64,000 nucleotides of DNA. It comes from a bacterium. Its GTDB lineage: Bacteria; RBG-13-66-14; B26-G2; WVWN01. The notes under the pieces were generated by a model. The model searched no databases, was not told the DNA's origin, and saw nothing but the letters and a program-made list of their open reading frames with translations. Both the position numbers and the translations under genes were made by a program. Of this stretch, positions 28,195 through 38,421 are shown one piece after another. Where the stretch lies: NCBI GenBank assembly GCA_035529855.1, contig DATKVX010000039.1, positions 4,244 through 68,243 of the forward strand, written 5' to 3'. How positions within the stretch are numbered: position 1 is the first letter of the stretch; each line of letters begins with the position of its first letter.

Positions 28195-28929
28195 ATGAAA
28201 AAGGCGTTCGTTTTTCTGGGCGTTGTTATACTGCTGATTATAGCCTTCGGCTGCGCCAAGAAGAAGGTTGAAGCGCCCGGTACGAGCGAAACGGCGGGCG
28301 TAACCGATATCGCCAAATTCGACGAGGGCTACGCCGGTCTCCGGGAGGCTATTCGTTACACCTCGCTAACGCCCAATAAAGGGAAGGCTGCCGAAGCGGC
28401 CGGCCGAAGCGAAGAAGCTTTCGGCGAAGTTAAACGCGCCTGGCCCGAAGAACCGCCCGAGGAATTCCAGGGCGACACCGAGTGGGGCGACCATATCGCG
28501 TCGCTTACGAAGATAATGGGCGACATCAAGAACCAGGTTGGAGCGGACCAGTTCGAAGAAGCTCGGGTCAGCGCCCTCGAAGCGCAAAAGATAATTTTGG
28601 CGCTGCACGAGAAAAACAACGTCAACACCGCCGGCGACGAAGCGGTGCGGCTTCTCGTTATATCCTACGAGATGGACCTCGCGTTCCGGGAGAAGCGTTT
28701 CAACGACATGAAGCACATTATGCCTAGCATGCGCGAGGCTCAGAAAAATTTCTTCGGTTCGACGATGCCGCCGTCCGCGCGCGGCCGCGAAGCGGAGTTC
28801 GACGACCTCAAGGATAAAGCATACGACGGCGTCGAGAATTTCGCGGATGCGCCCGACCCCGAAACGCGGTGGGCGGCGCTCGACGGCCTGATAAAAACGA
28901 CTACAGAATTCTACGTCGAGTTCGGTTAA
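28195..28929 (+). CDS. Hypothetical lipoprotein.
   Basis: MKKAFVFLGVVILLIIAFGC is a lipobox. The rest is a helical, charged protein that matched no family I recognise. Confidence 0.5.
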   Translation: MKKAFVFLGVVILLIIAFGCAKKKVEAPGTSETAGVTDIAKFDEGYAGLREAIRYTSLTPNKGKAAEAAGRSEEAFGEVKRAWPEEPPEEFQGDTEWGDHIASLTKIMGDIKNQVGADQFEEARVSALEAQKIILALHEKNNVNTAGDEAVRLLVISYEMDLAFREKRFNDMKHIMPSMREAQKNFFGSTMPPSARGREAEFDDLKDKAYDGVENFADAPDPETRWAALDGLIKTTTEFYVEFG

Positions 28930-28930
28930 T

Positions 28931-30724
28931 ATGAAAACCAGCGTAAACAAACCGTCCATAATAGCGTTCGCCGTGGGGGCCTCCTTGACAGGGGGCCTTA
29001 TCGGCGCCTGGGAAGCGGCGGCCCTCGTCGTACTCGACGTTGAACTAACGACTTCGCGGGGAGGAGCCGCCCTCCTCTTATGCGCCGCGTTCGCGCTCGC
29101 CGCGGCGGCCGCTTTCCCGGCCGGGTTAATATTCGCCCTGGCCCGTCGGAGCCCGCCCGGGCGGTTTATATTGGGCGAACGGACCGACGGCGTCACGTTC
29201 GCCGCAGCCGCGGCCCTCCTGTTCTACGGCGGGTACTATTTGAACGCCAACGTCCTCCCGGCTAAACTCCACCCGGCCAGCCTCGCGGCCGACGTCGCGC
29301 TGCTCGCGGTATGCTGGCTCGCCGTACGGTTCGCGCCATCCTTCAAGATTCGACGTCGCTGGCTGGCCGCGGCGTTCGCGGTGCTTCTTGCCGGCGCCGT
29401 AACCGTAAGCGTAACCGCGGCCGGCTCGAGCCGGCGCCTCGGCCCGCCCCAAACGCCGCCCCCCAAAGGCGCCGCGAATTTATTGCTCGTCACTATGGAC
29501 ACGACGCGCGCCGACCGCCTGGGCGCGTACGGCGGGCCCCCCGGCCTCACCCCGAACCTCGACCGTTTAACCGCTTCAAGTATCGTCTTCAAGCGCGCCT
29601 ACTGCCCCATGCCGCTGACGGGGCCCAGCCACGCGGCGCTCCTCACCGGCCTTACGCCGCGCGAGAACGGCGTCGTCCAAAACGGCGCACCGCTTGCGAC
29701 GGACGCGCCTACTTTAGCCGAGGCCCTCCGCTCGCGCGGTTATCGTACCGGCGCCGTCGTCGCGGCTTTTCCCGTTTCGTCCAAGCTCGGCTTCGCCCGG
29801 GGATTCGAATACTTCGACGACGACTTCGCCGCGGCCGGCGCATTAACCCGCCTTACCTTCGTACGTCTCGCCGGTTCGTTCGGGATAATCGACGTCAAAG
29901 CCCGCCTCCAACGACCGGCCGACGAGGTGACGCCGCGGGCGCTCCGTTGGCTGGGCGACGAGAGGAACAGGCCGTTCTTCCTATGGGTCCATTACTTCGA
30001 CCCCCACACGCCGTACGAGCCGCCGGACGGATACCGGGGATTAACCGACGCCGACCCGCCCCAAGTCCGCTCGTACGACGGCGAGGTCGCGTTTATGGAC
30101 GCCGAGATAGGCGGATTACTCGCTGCTTTGCATGACGCGGGCGTGCGCGAGAATACGGTCGTCGTCGCCGTAGCCGACCACGGCGAGAGTTTGGGCGAAC
30201 ACGACTACTACTACGACCACGGCCGGTACGTCTACGAGCCGTGCATGCGCGTACCGCTGCTGGTCGCCGCCCCGCCCGGATTCAGCGGCCTAAGCGGCGC
30301 GGTTATTAAAAGCGAACCCGGGTTGGTGACGTTGGCCTCGTTGTACGATTTCTTGTTAGATAATATCGCGGCCTATTCGTCCGATTCGGCAAGCGGCCGG
30401 AACGAGCCGGCGCCGGCGGCCGAAGCCGCCGTCTTCGGCGAGTCGCTGGAGGGCGACCTCAACTATCGAATGGTGATATCGCGCGTCGACGGCTCGAGCC
30501 CCCTCTACAAGCTCATCCTCGACGCCGGCACCGGTGCGGTTGAACTGTACGACCTCGACGCCGACCCGCGAGAGACGCAAAACCTGGCGCGGGACCGATT
30601 GGAGGTAACGCGCGTACTGCTCAAGCGGTTGGAAGAACACTTCGCGGCGCAACCGCCGCTACCGGCGGGCGCCCCGGCCGACGCCGAGATGATGGAGAAG
30701 CTGCGCACGCTCGGTTACGTATAA
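28931..30724 (+). CDS. Membrane-anchored sulfatase-family (alkaline phosphatase superfamily) enzyme, LTA-synthase/EptA-like transferase or sulfatase.
   Basis: The N-terminal 5 TM helices are followed by LLLVTMDTTRADRLGAYGG...CPMPLTGPSHAALLTG...DHGESLGEH, the PF00884 pattern. Confidence 0.65.
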   Translation: MKTSVNKPSIIAFAVGASLTGGLIGAWEAAALVVLDVELTTSRGGAALLLCAAFALAAAAAFPAGLIFALARRSPPGRFILGERTDGVTFAAAAALLFYGGYYLNANVLPAKLHPASLAADVALLAVCWLAVRFAPSFKIRRRWLAAAFAVLLAGAVTVSVTAAGSSRRLGPPQTPPPKGAANLLLVTMDTTRADRLGAYGGPPGLTPNLDRLTASSIVFKRAYCPMPLTGPSHAALLTGLTPRENGVVQNGAPLATDAPTLAEALRSRGYRTGAVVAAFPVSSKLGFARGFEYFDDDFAAAGALTRLTFVRLAGSFGIIDVKARLQRPADEVTPRALRWLGDERNRPFFLWVHYFDPHTPYEPPDGYRGLTDADPPQVRSYDGEVAFMDAEIGGLLAALHDAGVRENTVVVAVADHGESLGEHDYYYDHGRYVYEPCMRVPLLVAAPPGFSGLSGAVIKSEPGLVTLASLYDFLLDNIAAYSSDSASGRNEPAPAAEAAVFGESLEGDLNYRMVISRVDGSSPLYKLILDAGTGAVELYDLDADPRETQNLARDRLEVTRVLLKRLEEHFAAQPPLPAGAPADAEMMEKLRTLGYV

Positions 30725-30782
30725 ACCGGGCCGACCTGAAGGTCGGCCCCTACATAAAAAATTTTAAGGCCGAAGGAACGAT

Positions 30783-31745
30783 ATGGCCGACGACAACTTG
30801 AGAGAAGCCGCGCGGCGTACGCTGTCCGACTGCATGGGCGTGCGCGCCGGCGAGGTCGTAACGGTAGTGACCGACGACGTCGTCCGCGCCGTGGGCGAAG
30901 CGCTGGCGCGCGAGGCGGGCGAGCTGGGGGCGGACCCGGTACTGGCGGTAATGGCGCCGCGGCGCGTCAGCGGCGAGGAGCCGCCGGAGCCCGTAGCGGC
31001 CCTTATGCTCGAGAGCGCGGTCCTGTTGTTGGCGACGAACGCCTCGTTGTCGCATACGCGCGCGCGCAAGGCCGCCAGCAAGGCGGGCGCCCGCTGCGCG
31101 TCGATGCCCGGTATAACCGAGGATATAATGGTCCGCACGATGGCCGTCGACTACCGCGACGTCGCCGCCCGGAGCCGAAAGCTGGCCGAGTCGCTCGCGG
31201 GCGTAAAATATTTCCGCCTTACGTCGCCCGCCGGAACCGACATTACGATTAACGTCACGGACCTCGAATACTTCGCCGACACCGGCACGTACCGCGAGCC
31301 GGGCGATTTCGGCAACTTGCCCGCGGGCGAGGTGTGCGCGGGGCCGGTCCTGGAAGGCAGCGCGGGGACGGCGGTATTCGACGGCTCGTTCGCCGGCCTG
31401 GGCCTTCTGGGGGAACCGATTACGGTCACCTTCGAGGACGGCGTCGCGACGGCCATCGAAGACGGCGAGAAGGCCGACGCGCTACGCGCCTTGCTCGAGC
31501 CCTTCGGCGAGGGCGGGAGGGTGCTGGCCGAGATAGGCATCGGCACCCACCCTACGGCCCGACTCACCGGCGTCGTTTTGGAGGACGAGAAGATCGCCGG
31601 CACCGTCCACCTGGCGCTCGGGAACAACGTCGGCTTCGGCGGGGCCAACGACGTGGCCGTGCACGTCGACGGCGTAATCCTTTCGCCGACCCTCGTAACC
31701 GACCGCGGCGAGGCCGTACTGGAGGAAGGCACACCCCGCTTCTGA
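30783..31745 (+). CDS. M29-family (AmpS/aminopeptidase T-like) aminopeptidase.
   Basis: AEIGIGTHPTA and VHLALGNN motifs. The stop overlaps the hutI start. Confidence 0.5.
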   Translation: MADDNLREAARRTLSDCMGVRAGEVVTVVTDDVVRAVGEALAREAGELGADPVLAVMAPRRVSGEEPPEPVAALMLESAVLLLATNASLSHTRARKAASKAGARCASMPGITEDIMVRTMAVDYRDVAARSRKLAESLAGVKYFRLTSPAGTDITINVTDLEYFADTGTYREPGDFGNLPAGEVCAGPVLEGSAGTAVFDGSFAGLGLLGEPITVTFEDGVATAIEDGEKADALRALLEPFGEGGRVLAEIGIGTHPTARLTGVVLEDEKIAGTVHLALGNNVGFGGANDVAVHVDGVILSPTLVTDRGEAVLEEGTPRF

Positions 31746-31747
31746 AG

Positions 31748-33013
31748 ATGGGCGAGCTGTTGCTATACAACGCCGGCCAGATATTCACCGCGGCGGGCGG
31801 GCCGAGGCGGGGCGCCGCGCTGGCCGAAAAAACGGTAGCCGCGGGCGACGCGCTGCTCGCCCGGAACGGCGTCATAGTCGCGGTCGGACGGCGGCCCGAC
31901 GTCGAGAAGCTCGCGGCCTCCGACGCCGAAGGGCTCGACTGCGGCGGCCGCCTCGTTACGCCCGGCCTGGTAGACTGCCACACCCACCTGGTCTACGGCG
32001 GCTCGCGCGCCGACGAGTACGAACGCCGCCTGCGCGGCGCTTCTTACCTGGAGATATTCGAGGCCGGCGGCGGCATCCACGCCACCGTCCGGGACACGCG
32101 CGCCGCGAGCGAAGACGAGCTCGTCGCCTCGAGCCGGCGCCGCGCCGAAGTATTCTTAAGTCACGGGACCACGGCGGCGGAAGTGAAGACCGGCTACGGC
32201 CTGACGACCGAAGACGAACTCAAAATGCTGCGCGCCGCGGCCCGTCTCGCCAAAGAAACACCCCTTAAAATCATCCCCACGTTCCTGGGCGCGCACGCGA
32301 TTCCGCCCGAGTACGCCGACCGCCGGGGCGACTTCGTCGCGCTGGTGACCGACGAAATGCTCCCGGCCGTAACCGCGGAGGGCCTGGCCGAATACGCCGA
32401 CGTCTTCTGCGACCGCGGCGCCTTCAACGTCGACGAGACGCGCGCGGTCCTCGCCGCGGCCCGCGACGCCGGCCTGAAGCTCCGCCTCCACGCCGACGAA
32501 TTCGAGCCGCTGGGCGGTACGGAGTTGGCGGTCGAGATGGGCGCGGCGTCCGTCGAGCACCTGGCGGTCGTGACGGCGGCCGGGATAGAAGCGCTGGCCG
32601 GCTCCGACACGGCGGCGGTCCTGCTTCCCGGGACGACCGTCTTCCTGGGCTCGAGCCGCTTCGCGCCGGCGCGGAAGCTGGTCGACGCCGGCGCCCTGGT
32701 CGCCGTGGGGAGCGACCACAACCCGGGCTCGTGCCACGCCGCGTCCTTGCGAACCGTACTCACGCCGGCGGCGACTTATTTGAAGATGACGCCCGCCGAG
32801 ATACTCCACGCCGTAACCGTAAACGCCGCCTATTCGCTGGCGCGCGCGGACCGGCTCGGTTCCCTCGAGCCGGGCAAGGCCGCGGACGTCGCCGTCTTCG
32901 ACGCGGCCGACGTCAACGAGCTGTTCTACGACTGGGGGCCTACGCGCGCCTGGGCCACGGTCGCGGACGGAAAAGTCGTATGTCGCGACAACCCGCCTCG
33001 TTTTAACCCCTAA
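31748..33013 (+). CDS. hutI: Imidazolonepropionase.
   Basis: LVTPGLVDCHTHLVYGGSRADEY...TFLGAHAIPPEY...HADEF..AVGSDHNPGS is the amidohydrolase HutI signature. The true ATG at 31748 lies inside a longer spurious ORF. Confidence 0.85.
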   Translation: MGELLLYNAGQIFTAAGGPRRGAALAEKTVAAGDALLARNGVIVAVGRRPDVEKLAASDAEGLDCGGRLVTPGLVDCHTHLVYGGSRADEYERRLRGASYLEIFEAGGGIHATVRDTRAASEDELVASSRRRAEVFLSHGTTAAEVKTGYGLTTEDELKMLRAAARLAKETPLKIIPTFLGAHAIPPEYADRRGDFVALVTDEMLPAVTAEGLAEYADVFCDRGAFNVDETRAVLAAARDAGLKLRLHADEFEPLGGTELAVEMGAASVEHLAVVTAAGIEALAGSDTAAVLLPGTTVFLGSSRFAPARKLVDAGALVAVGSDHNPGSCHAASLRTVLTPAATYLKMTPAEILHAVTVNAAYSLARADRLGSLEPGKAADVAVFDAADVNELFYDWGPTRAWATVADGKVVCRDNPPRFNP

Positions 33014-33015
33014 AA

Positions 33016-34314
33016 ATGTTTCGGCGGCGCATAGCCGACGCGCCGTACCTCTCCCTCCCCGGGCGGGCGTGGGCGTGGGCGACGTACGACTTCGCCAACA
33101 CGATCTTCTCGATGAACGTCATCACGATGTACTTCGCCCAGTGGATAATCGTAGACCTGGGGTTCGAGGACATATCGTACAGCATAGCTTACGCCGCGTC
33201 GATGGTAGCGGTGGCCTTGACGATGCCGGCGCTGGGCGCGCTCGCCGACGCGCGTAAAAATCGCCTGCGCTGCCTGCTCGTCTATACCGGCGCCTGCGTC
33301 GCCTTCACCATAACCGTCGGCAACGTCGCGGCGCTCATACGCCCCGTCTATTGGAAAGGGGTATTGGCGCTCGCCGCGTTCGCCCTGGCCAACTACTTCT
33401 ACATCGGCGGCCAGACGTTCTACAACGCGCTCCTTCGCGGCGCGGCGCCGCCCGGGCAAACGGGCCGCGTCTCCGGCCTGGGGACGGCGCTGGGGTACGT
33501 CGGCGCCATCGCCGGCCTATTACTCGTGTGGCCGTTCGTCAAAGGGTGGGTCCCGGGGTTCGCGGAAGGCCGGCCGTCGGCCTTCGTGCCGACGGGTCTA
33601 TTATTCCTGATTTTTTCTATACCGACTTTCCTGTTGGTAAAAGAGGCCGCGGCGGGCGCGGAACGCCGGTCCGCGTGGTGGGGGCTCCGTAAAGTCGTCG
33701 GCACGCTCAAGCGGGCGCGCGAACGGCCCGACGTATTTAGGTTCCTCATCGGGAACGTACTCCTACAGGACCCGGTCGCGACGGCGATAGTCTTCATGGC
33801 GGTGTACGCCAACGTCGTCTTCGGCATGCCCGACGCCGCCAAGATACCCCTATTTATAGTCGCGACGACGTTCGCGGTAGTGGGCGCGGCGGCCGCGGGC
33901 TTCGTAACGGACCGGTGGGGCCCGCGCAAGACGACCATCGCCACCGCCGTGGGTTGGGCGGCGACGTTCATTCTGATCGCGGCGGCGAATCGTCCGATAT
34001 TGTTCTGGGTGGGAGGCTCGTTGGTGGGCGTCGGCCTGGGTTTCACCTGGACCGCGGCGAGGCCTTTTCTAGCCGGCCTGGTCGGCGAAAGCGAGCAGGG
34101 CGAATTCTTCGGCCTTTACTCGCTCTCCAGCCGGGTCGCCGCGATAATAGGGCCGCTGCTGTGGGGAACCATAATATACGTCGGCGCGGCGTGGCCCGTG
34201 GGAAAGTACCGCCTCGCCGTCGCTTCCCTCGCCGTGCTGGAGGTGGCCGCGGCTTTCGTATTCGCCTCTATTAAAACACGCGCGAAACCGCGCGCGGCGA
34301 AAGGCGTATTGTGA
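33016..34314 (+). CDS. MFS transporter.
   Basis: 12 TM helices. Located in the hutI/peptidase neighbourhood. Confidence 0.6.
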   Translation: MFRRRIADAPYLSLPGRAWAWATYDFANTIFSMNVITMYFAQWIIVDLGFEDISYSIAYAASMVAVALTMPALGALADARKNRLRCLLVYTGACVAFTITVGNVAALIRPVYWKGVLALAAFALANYFYIGGQTFYNALLRGAAPPGQTGRVSGLGTALGYVGAIAGLLLVWPFVKGWVPGFAEGRPSAFVPTGLLFLIFSIPTFLLVKEAAAGAERRSAWWGLRKVVGTLKRARERPDVFRFLIGNVLLQDPVATAIVFMAVYANVVFGMPDAAKIPLFIVATTFAVVGAAAAGFVTDRWGPRKTTIATAVGWAATFILIAAANRPILFWVGGSLVGVGLGFTWTAARPFLAGLVGESEQGEFFGLYSLSSRVAAIIGPLLWGTIIYVGAAWPVGKYRLAVASLAVLEVAAAFVFASIKTRAKPRAAKGVL

Positions 34315-34412
34315 AAAACGGCGACATATATTATCGTTACCTCGGCTCGTGCCATAAACTAAGACTCGCCGTTAAAGGCCGCGGTTCATCCGCGCGCGTG
34401 GAAGGATAAAAA

Positions 34413-35456
34413 ATGCTTTCGAAAAAATGGATACTTTACGGCGCCGTCTTGACGTTAGCGGGCGTGCCGGCCGGCTGCGGCCCCGACACGGAAGGCAACG
34501 GCGCCCCAATCGCCGGTACGAGGCTCTGGGTCGCCGACCAACCCGATTCGGAGGTCGTTATATACGACGATACGGGAAACCTCCTCAAATTCGTCGGCGG
34601 CCCGGTTGTATTCAGCAAGCCCAACGCCATAGACATATACGCCGAGGACGGCGCGGCGTGGATCTGCGACTTCTATACCAACCGAATACGTAAGTTCGAC
34701 GCCGACGGCAACCCGCTCTACGCTTCGCCCGACCCGGAGGTGGGAGCCCTCGTTCTCAACGCCGCGGACCTCTCGGTATCGCAATCGTCCGGCGAATGTT
34801 GGATCTCGGACCGCGGCAACAACCGCGTAATACGCCTCGACGCGGACGGCAACGTGCTGGCCAAGGTTTCCGCTTTTAAGTACCCGCGCGGCATCTCGGC
34901 CGACCCCGCCGCCGGCGACGTGTGGGTAGCGGACGAAGGTAACGACGCCGTCGTGAAAGTGGCGGCGACGGCGACGGGCGACATCTCGGTCCGGGCCGTG
35001 GAGGTAGGCCGCTTCACGGGTATGGAAAACCCGTGGGCGGTGGCGGCCGACGCGGACGGCAAGGGCTGGGCTTGCAGCCGCGCGGAGGGGCGCGTCGTCA
35101 GGCTATCGGTCGACGCCGCCGAGCTCGCGTCGGTGGAGGGTTTCGACGCGCCGGTCGCTCTCGCGGTAGACGAGACGGCGAAGGCGGTGTACGTCGTGGA
35201 TACCGCAAAAGGCTTACTGGTAGCGTTACCGCGGGGCGTAACCGGTACGCATAAAAATTACGCCGCCGTCGCGACCTTCGTCGTGTCCGGCCTCGCCCAC
35301 CCCGAGGACGTCTTCGTCAACGAGAAGACCGACCGTGTATACGTCGCCGAAATGGGCGGCGGCAACGTCAAGATATACGACCGCGACGGGAAAGCCGTAA
35401 ATACCATACCGGGTTTCAGCGGCCCCGCGGCGCTGGCCGCTTGGAGCGAAAACTGA
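34413..35456 (+). CDS. NHL-repeat beta-propeller lipoprotein.
   Basis: The lipobox is LTLAGVPAGCG. Repeats follow the pattern ...CDFYTNRIRKFDADGN / ISDRGNNRVIRLDADGN / VADEGNDAVVKV. Confidence 0.65.
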   Translation: MLSKKWILYGAVLTLAGVPAGCGPDTEGNGAPIAGTRLWVADQPDSEVVIYDDTGNLLKFVGGPVVFSKPNAIDIYAEDGAAWICDFYTNRIRKFDADGNPLYASPDPEVGALVLNAADLSVSQSSGECWISDRGNNRVIRLDADGNVLAKVSAFKYPRGISADPAAGDVWVADEGNDAVVKVAATATGDISVRAVEVGRFTGMENPWAVAADADGKGWACSRAEGRVVRLSVDAAELASVEGFDAPVALAVDETAKAVYVVDTAKGLLVALPRGVTGTHKNYAAVATFVVSGLAHPEDVFVNEKTDRVYVAEMGGGNVKIYDRDGKAVNTIPGFSGPAALAAWSEN

Positions 35457-35462
35457 GGGTCT

Positions 35463-36569
35463 ATGGCCGCTACGATAAGCCGACGCAAACTGCTCCGGAC
35501 CTTTAAAGAACTCGCCGCCTTGTACGGCCCGAGCAAAAGGGAACGCGACGTAGCCGATTATATTCTAAATCGGCTCGACGGCTTATGGCCCCTCGCCGAA
35601 GACGGCGCCGGCGACGTCGTAGGGGGCGACGCCGGCAACATCCTGCTAAAAATAAACGGCCGGGGCGAACCCGTCCTACTGACGGCACATATGGACACGG
35701 TCGAACCGTGCGCCGGCGTCAAACCGCGGGTTAAGAACGGTTACGTCTACAGCAAGCGCGACACCATCCTCGGCGCCGACGACCGCGCCGCGGTCGCGGT
35801 ACTGCTGGAGCTGGCCGAAATCGCCGGCGGCCTAAAAGAGCGCCGGTCGCTCGAGATATTATTCACCGTCGCCGAAGAGGTCGGCCTCCTGGGGGCGAAG
35901 CACGCCGACTACGGCCCCATAACAAGCAAGACGGCCTTCGTCCTCGACGCGTCGGAACCGCCCGGGTACGCCGTCAACGCCGCGCCCGGCTCCGAAACGG
36001 TCAAGGCGACCTTCCGCGGCCGCGCGGCCCACGCCGGCATCGAGCCCGAAAAAGGCATCAACGCCATCCAAATGGCCGCCTCGGCCGTAGCCGCGATGAA
36101 GCTCGGCCGCATCGACCACGAAACGACCGCCAATATTGGCCTTATCTCCGGCGGCCGGGCGACGAATATCGTCTCCGATACCGCCCGGATCGAAGGCGAG
36201 GTCCGTTCCCACGACGCCTCCAAGCTCGCGGCTCAGCTCGAGAACGTAACCGACGTCGCGAAAAAAGCCGCCGCCGAATTCGGCGGCGAAGTCGATATAA
36301 CGTGGGAGAAGGCGTACGTTTCGTACCGCTTAGCGGAAGACGCTACGCCGGTAGCGCTATTCTCGCGCGCCGCTCGAGCCGTAGGGCTGGAGCCCAAGTT
36401 CGTCGCCGGGGGCGGCGGCTCGGACGCCAACGTCTTCAACGAACGCGCCATCGCGGCCATCGTACTGGGCTGCGGCATGGAAAAACCGCACACCGTCGAC
36501 GAAAGAATCGCCGTCGCCTCCCTCTACAAACTGGGGGAGTTGGCGACGGCGTTGGCCCGAACGCCCTAG
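35463..36569 (+). CDS. M20-family metallopeptidase (peptidase T/tripeptidase-like).
   Basis: LLTAHMDTVEP...GADDRAAVAV...EEVGLLGA is the M20 metal-ligand pattern. Confidence 0.7.
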   Translation: MAATISRRKLLRTFKELAALYGPSKRERDVADYILNRLDGLWPLAEDGAGDVVGGDAGNILLKINGRGEPVLLTAHMDTVEPCAGVKPRVKNGYVYSKRDTILGADDRAAVAVLLELAEIAGGLKERRSLEILFTVAEEVGLLGAKHADYGPITSKTAFVLDASEPPGYAVNAAPGSETVKATFRGRAAHAGIEPEKGINAIQMAASAVAAMKLGRIDHETTANIGLISGGRATNIVSDTARIEGEVRSHDASKLAAQLENVTDVAKKAAAEFGGEVDITWEKAYVSYRLAEDATPVALFSRAARAVGLEPKFVAGGGGSDANVFNERAIAAIVLGCGMEKPHTVDERIAVASLYKLGELATALARTP

Positions 36570-36571
36570 GG

Positions 36572-36973
36572 TTATTTTACGACGACGAGCTCGACGTCGG
36601 CGACGCCGGCGCCGAGCATTTTAATTTTTTTGGCGGCGGCGTACGACAAATCGATTATGCGGCCGGCGACGAAGGGCCCGCGGTCGTTGACGCGCACGAC
36701 GACGCTCTTCTTATTGGCTAAATTGGTAACGCGGACGTTGGTCCCGAACGGCAGCGTCTTGTGGGCCGCCGTGTAGGCGTTCATATTGAACTTCTCGCCG
36801 GAGGCGGTGGCCTTCCCGTGGGCCTCGCGGCCGTAATACGAAGCCTCGCCTACTTCGCGATAGGCGGCGGGTCGGCCGTAACTGCGCGGATAGCGCCTGG
36901 AGAAGCTGCAAGCCGAAACCGCCAACGCCGCACACAGCGCGGCCGATATGCCGTATCTAGCCGCGGCCTTCAC
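36572..36973 (-). CDS. rlpA: RlpA-like lytic transglycosylase (DPBB domain) lipoprotein.
   Basis: [58 protein letters not shown]. Confidence 0.8.
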   Translation of the reverse strand: MKAAARYGISAALCAALAVSACSFSRRYPRSYGRPAAYREVGEASYYGREAHGKATASGEKFNMNAYTAAHKTLPFGTNVRVTNLANKKSVVVRVNDRGPFVAGRIIDLSYAAAKKIKMLGAGVADVELVVVK

Positions 36974-36985
36974 TTCGAAACTCCG

Positions 36986-37366
36986 CTACCGGCCTTCTCT
37001 TTTTCGCTCCGCCGACACCGCGTCGACGTACGCGCATATAGCCGCACGGCAGGCCTCGTCTACCCTGGTGAAATGTACCGCCGCGGCGAACGACCAATCC
37101 GGCTTATCCGCCTTCTCTTCGACGCGGACGATGACGCCGGCGCACCGGAAGGATAGCTCCCCCGCCTTTCCTACGGGCGGTAATGACACCATGAGCGATA
37201 CCTCCGTGAACTCGGTGAGCTTCTTCTCGGTATAGAAATAGATACCGGAGCCGGATATATTCCGGGTTCGGAGGTAGACCTTGTCCCCGGAGGTCGTCTC
37301 TAAAACGCCCTTATAGTCGACCGCGGCGCGGGGGTACCGGCGGCGTTCGATAAAGGTATCATTCAT
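36986..37366 (-). CDS. PilZ-domain protein, a putative c-di-GMP receptor.
   Basis: The RRRYPR ... NISGSG motifs match RxxxR and DxSxxG. A strong GGAGGAGG RBS precedes the MNDTF start. Confidence 0.65.
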   Translation of the reverse strand: MNDTFIERRRYPRAAVDYKGVLETTSGDKVYLRTRNISGSGIYFYTEKKLTEFTEVSLMVSLPPVGKAGELSFRCAGVIVRVEEKADKPDWSFAAAVHFTRVDEACRAAICAYVDAVSAERKREGR

Positions 37367-38402
37367 AGCCTCCTCCCTTTTCGGCATATGCGGCCTCCGT
37401 TTGGATTTCCTCCGCCTTCGCTAACTCGGCGATGGTCAGGTGTTCCGTCCAAAGGTAGACTAGGCCGATCCCAACCGCGGGCAGGACCTGGACGAGGTGG
37501 ACGACGATGGCATACGACAACCCCTCGTTACGCGTGAGGGCCGGCTCGATAATGTGGAGCGCGGCCAATACGCCCAGCTCCATCGTTCCGATGAAGCCCG
37601 GCGACGACGGTATGGATATCGCGAGGCTGACGATAGCGACGAGTAGGAGCGGCGCGTAGAGCGGCAACGTCGACGTAAACTTAAACCCGAGGTTCACGAA
37701 ATAGTACGACAACGCCACGAGCAACCAGATCGCACCCGAGTAGAGGAACGCTTTCCCCAAATCCGCCGGGCTCCGGAAGCAGCTGAAGCCGTGGGTGAAC
37801 TTATCCAACGAGCGGACGATCTTAATGGCGAGCCTTTTCGAGAACGGCGCGAAAATAAACTTGATGATGGAAGTCGCCGCGTCCCGGTTGAAATAGAATA
37901 ACACGAAGAAGCTCACGATGGCGGCGTAAATTATGAAGCCGGTAGTACCGCCGGCCTTGAAGCCCGCGATTTTAGCCGGTATCAATATCGCGAAGCCGCC
38001 CAATATTAGGAACAGGATGGCGCCGTCCAACAGGCGCGTAACGATGACGGAGCCGAAGGCGGTCCCTTTCGACAACCGCTGCTTACGGGCCAGGATGTAC
38101 GCCCGCACGACTTCGCCCAACCTCGCCGGCAGCAGCGTATTGGCCAAAAACCCCAGCATCGTGATGCGGAAAAGGGGATAGGCCGGCAGCCGCCGGATGC
38201 CGCCCAGAACGTACCGCCACTGCAGCGCCCGGCAGTAATAGGAAGCCACGACGCAACAGGTAGCGGGAATTAAATATAAATAGTTGAACCGCGCGAGGGT
38301 CGCCGCGAACTCGCGCCAGTCGATGACCACCGCCAGGAAAATCGCCGAGGCCAGGCTGACGCCTAGTCCCAATAAGATGCGCGTTCTTTTGGTAATCTTC
38401 AC
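37359..38402 (-). CDS. Flippase-like membrane protein (lysylphosphatidylglycerol-synthase TM-region family, UPF0104).
   Basis: 8 TM helices. YCRALQWRYVLGG...LGFLANTLLPARLGEVVRAYIL is typical of this family, which often partners polyprenyl-P-sugar synthases. Confidence 0.6.
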   Translation of the reverse strand: MKITKRTRILLGLGVSLASAIFLAVVIDWREFAATLARFNYLYLIPATCCVVASYYCRALQWRYVLGGIRRLPAYPLFRITMLGFLANTLLPARLGEVVRAYILARKQRLSKGTAFGSVIVTRLLDGAILFLILGGFAILIPAKIAGFKAGGTTGFIIYAAIVSFFVLFYFNRDAATSIIKFIFAPFSKRLAIKIVRSLDKFTHGFSCFRSPADLGKAFLYSGAIWLLVALSYYFVNLGFKFTSTLPLYAPLLLVAIVSLAISIPSSPGFIGTMELGVLAALHIIEPALTRNEGLSYAIVVHLVQVLPAVGIGLVYLWTEHLTIAELAKAEEIQTEAAYAEKGGGYE

Positions 38403-38421
38403 GCCCGGCGGCCGGCCTGGG

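Noticed and set aside
30725-30782. A hairpin GGGCCGACC-TGAA-GGTCGGCCC after the sulfatase-like gene.
   Set aside because: The stem is followed by an A-rich tract rather than a T-rich one on the sense strand. It is at best a weak, attenuator-like terminator and I did not list it as a confident feature.
31334-31747. An N-terminal extension of about 138 aa on the hutI ORF.
   Set aside because: The extension is Arg-rich and overlaps the aminopeptidase gene. The conserved HutI sequence begins at MGELLLYNAGQ (ATG 31748).
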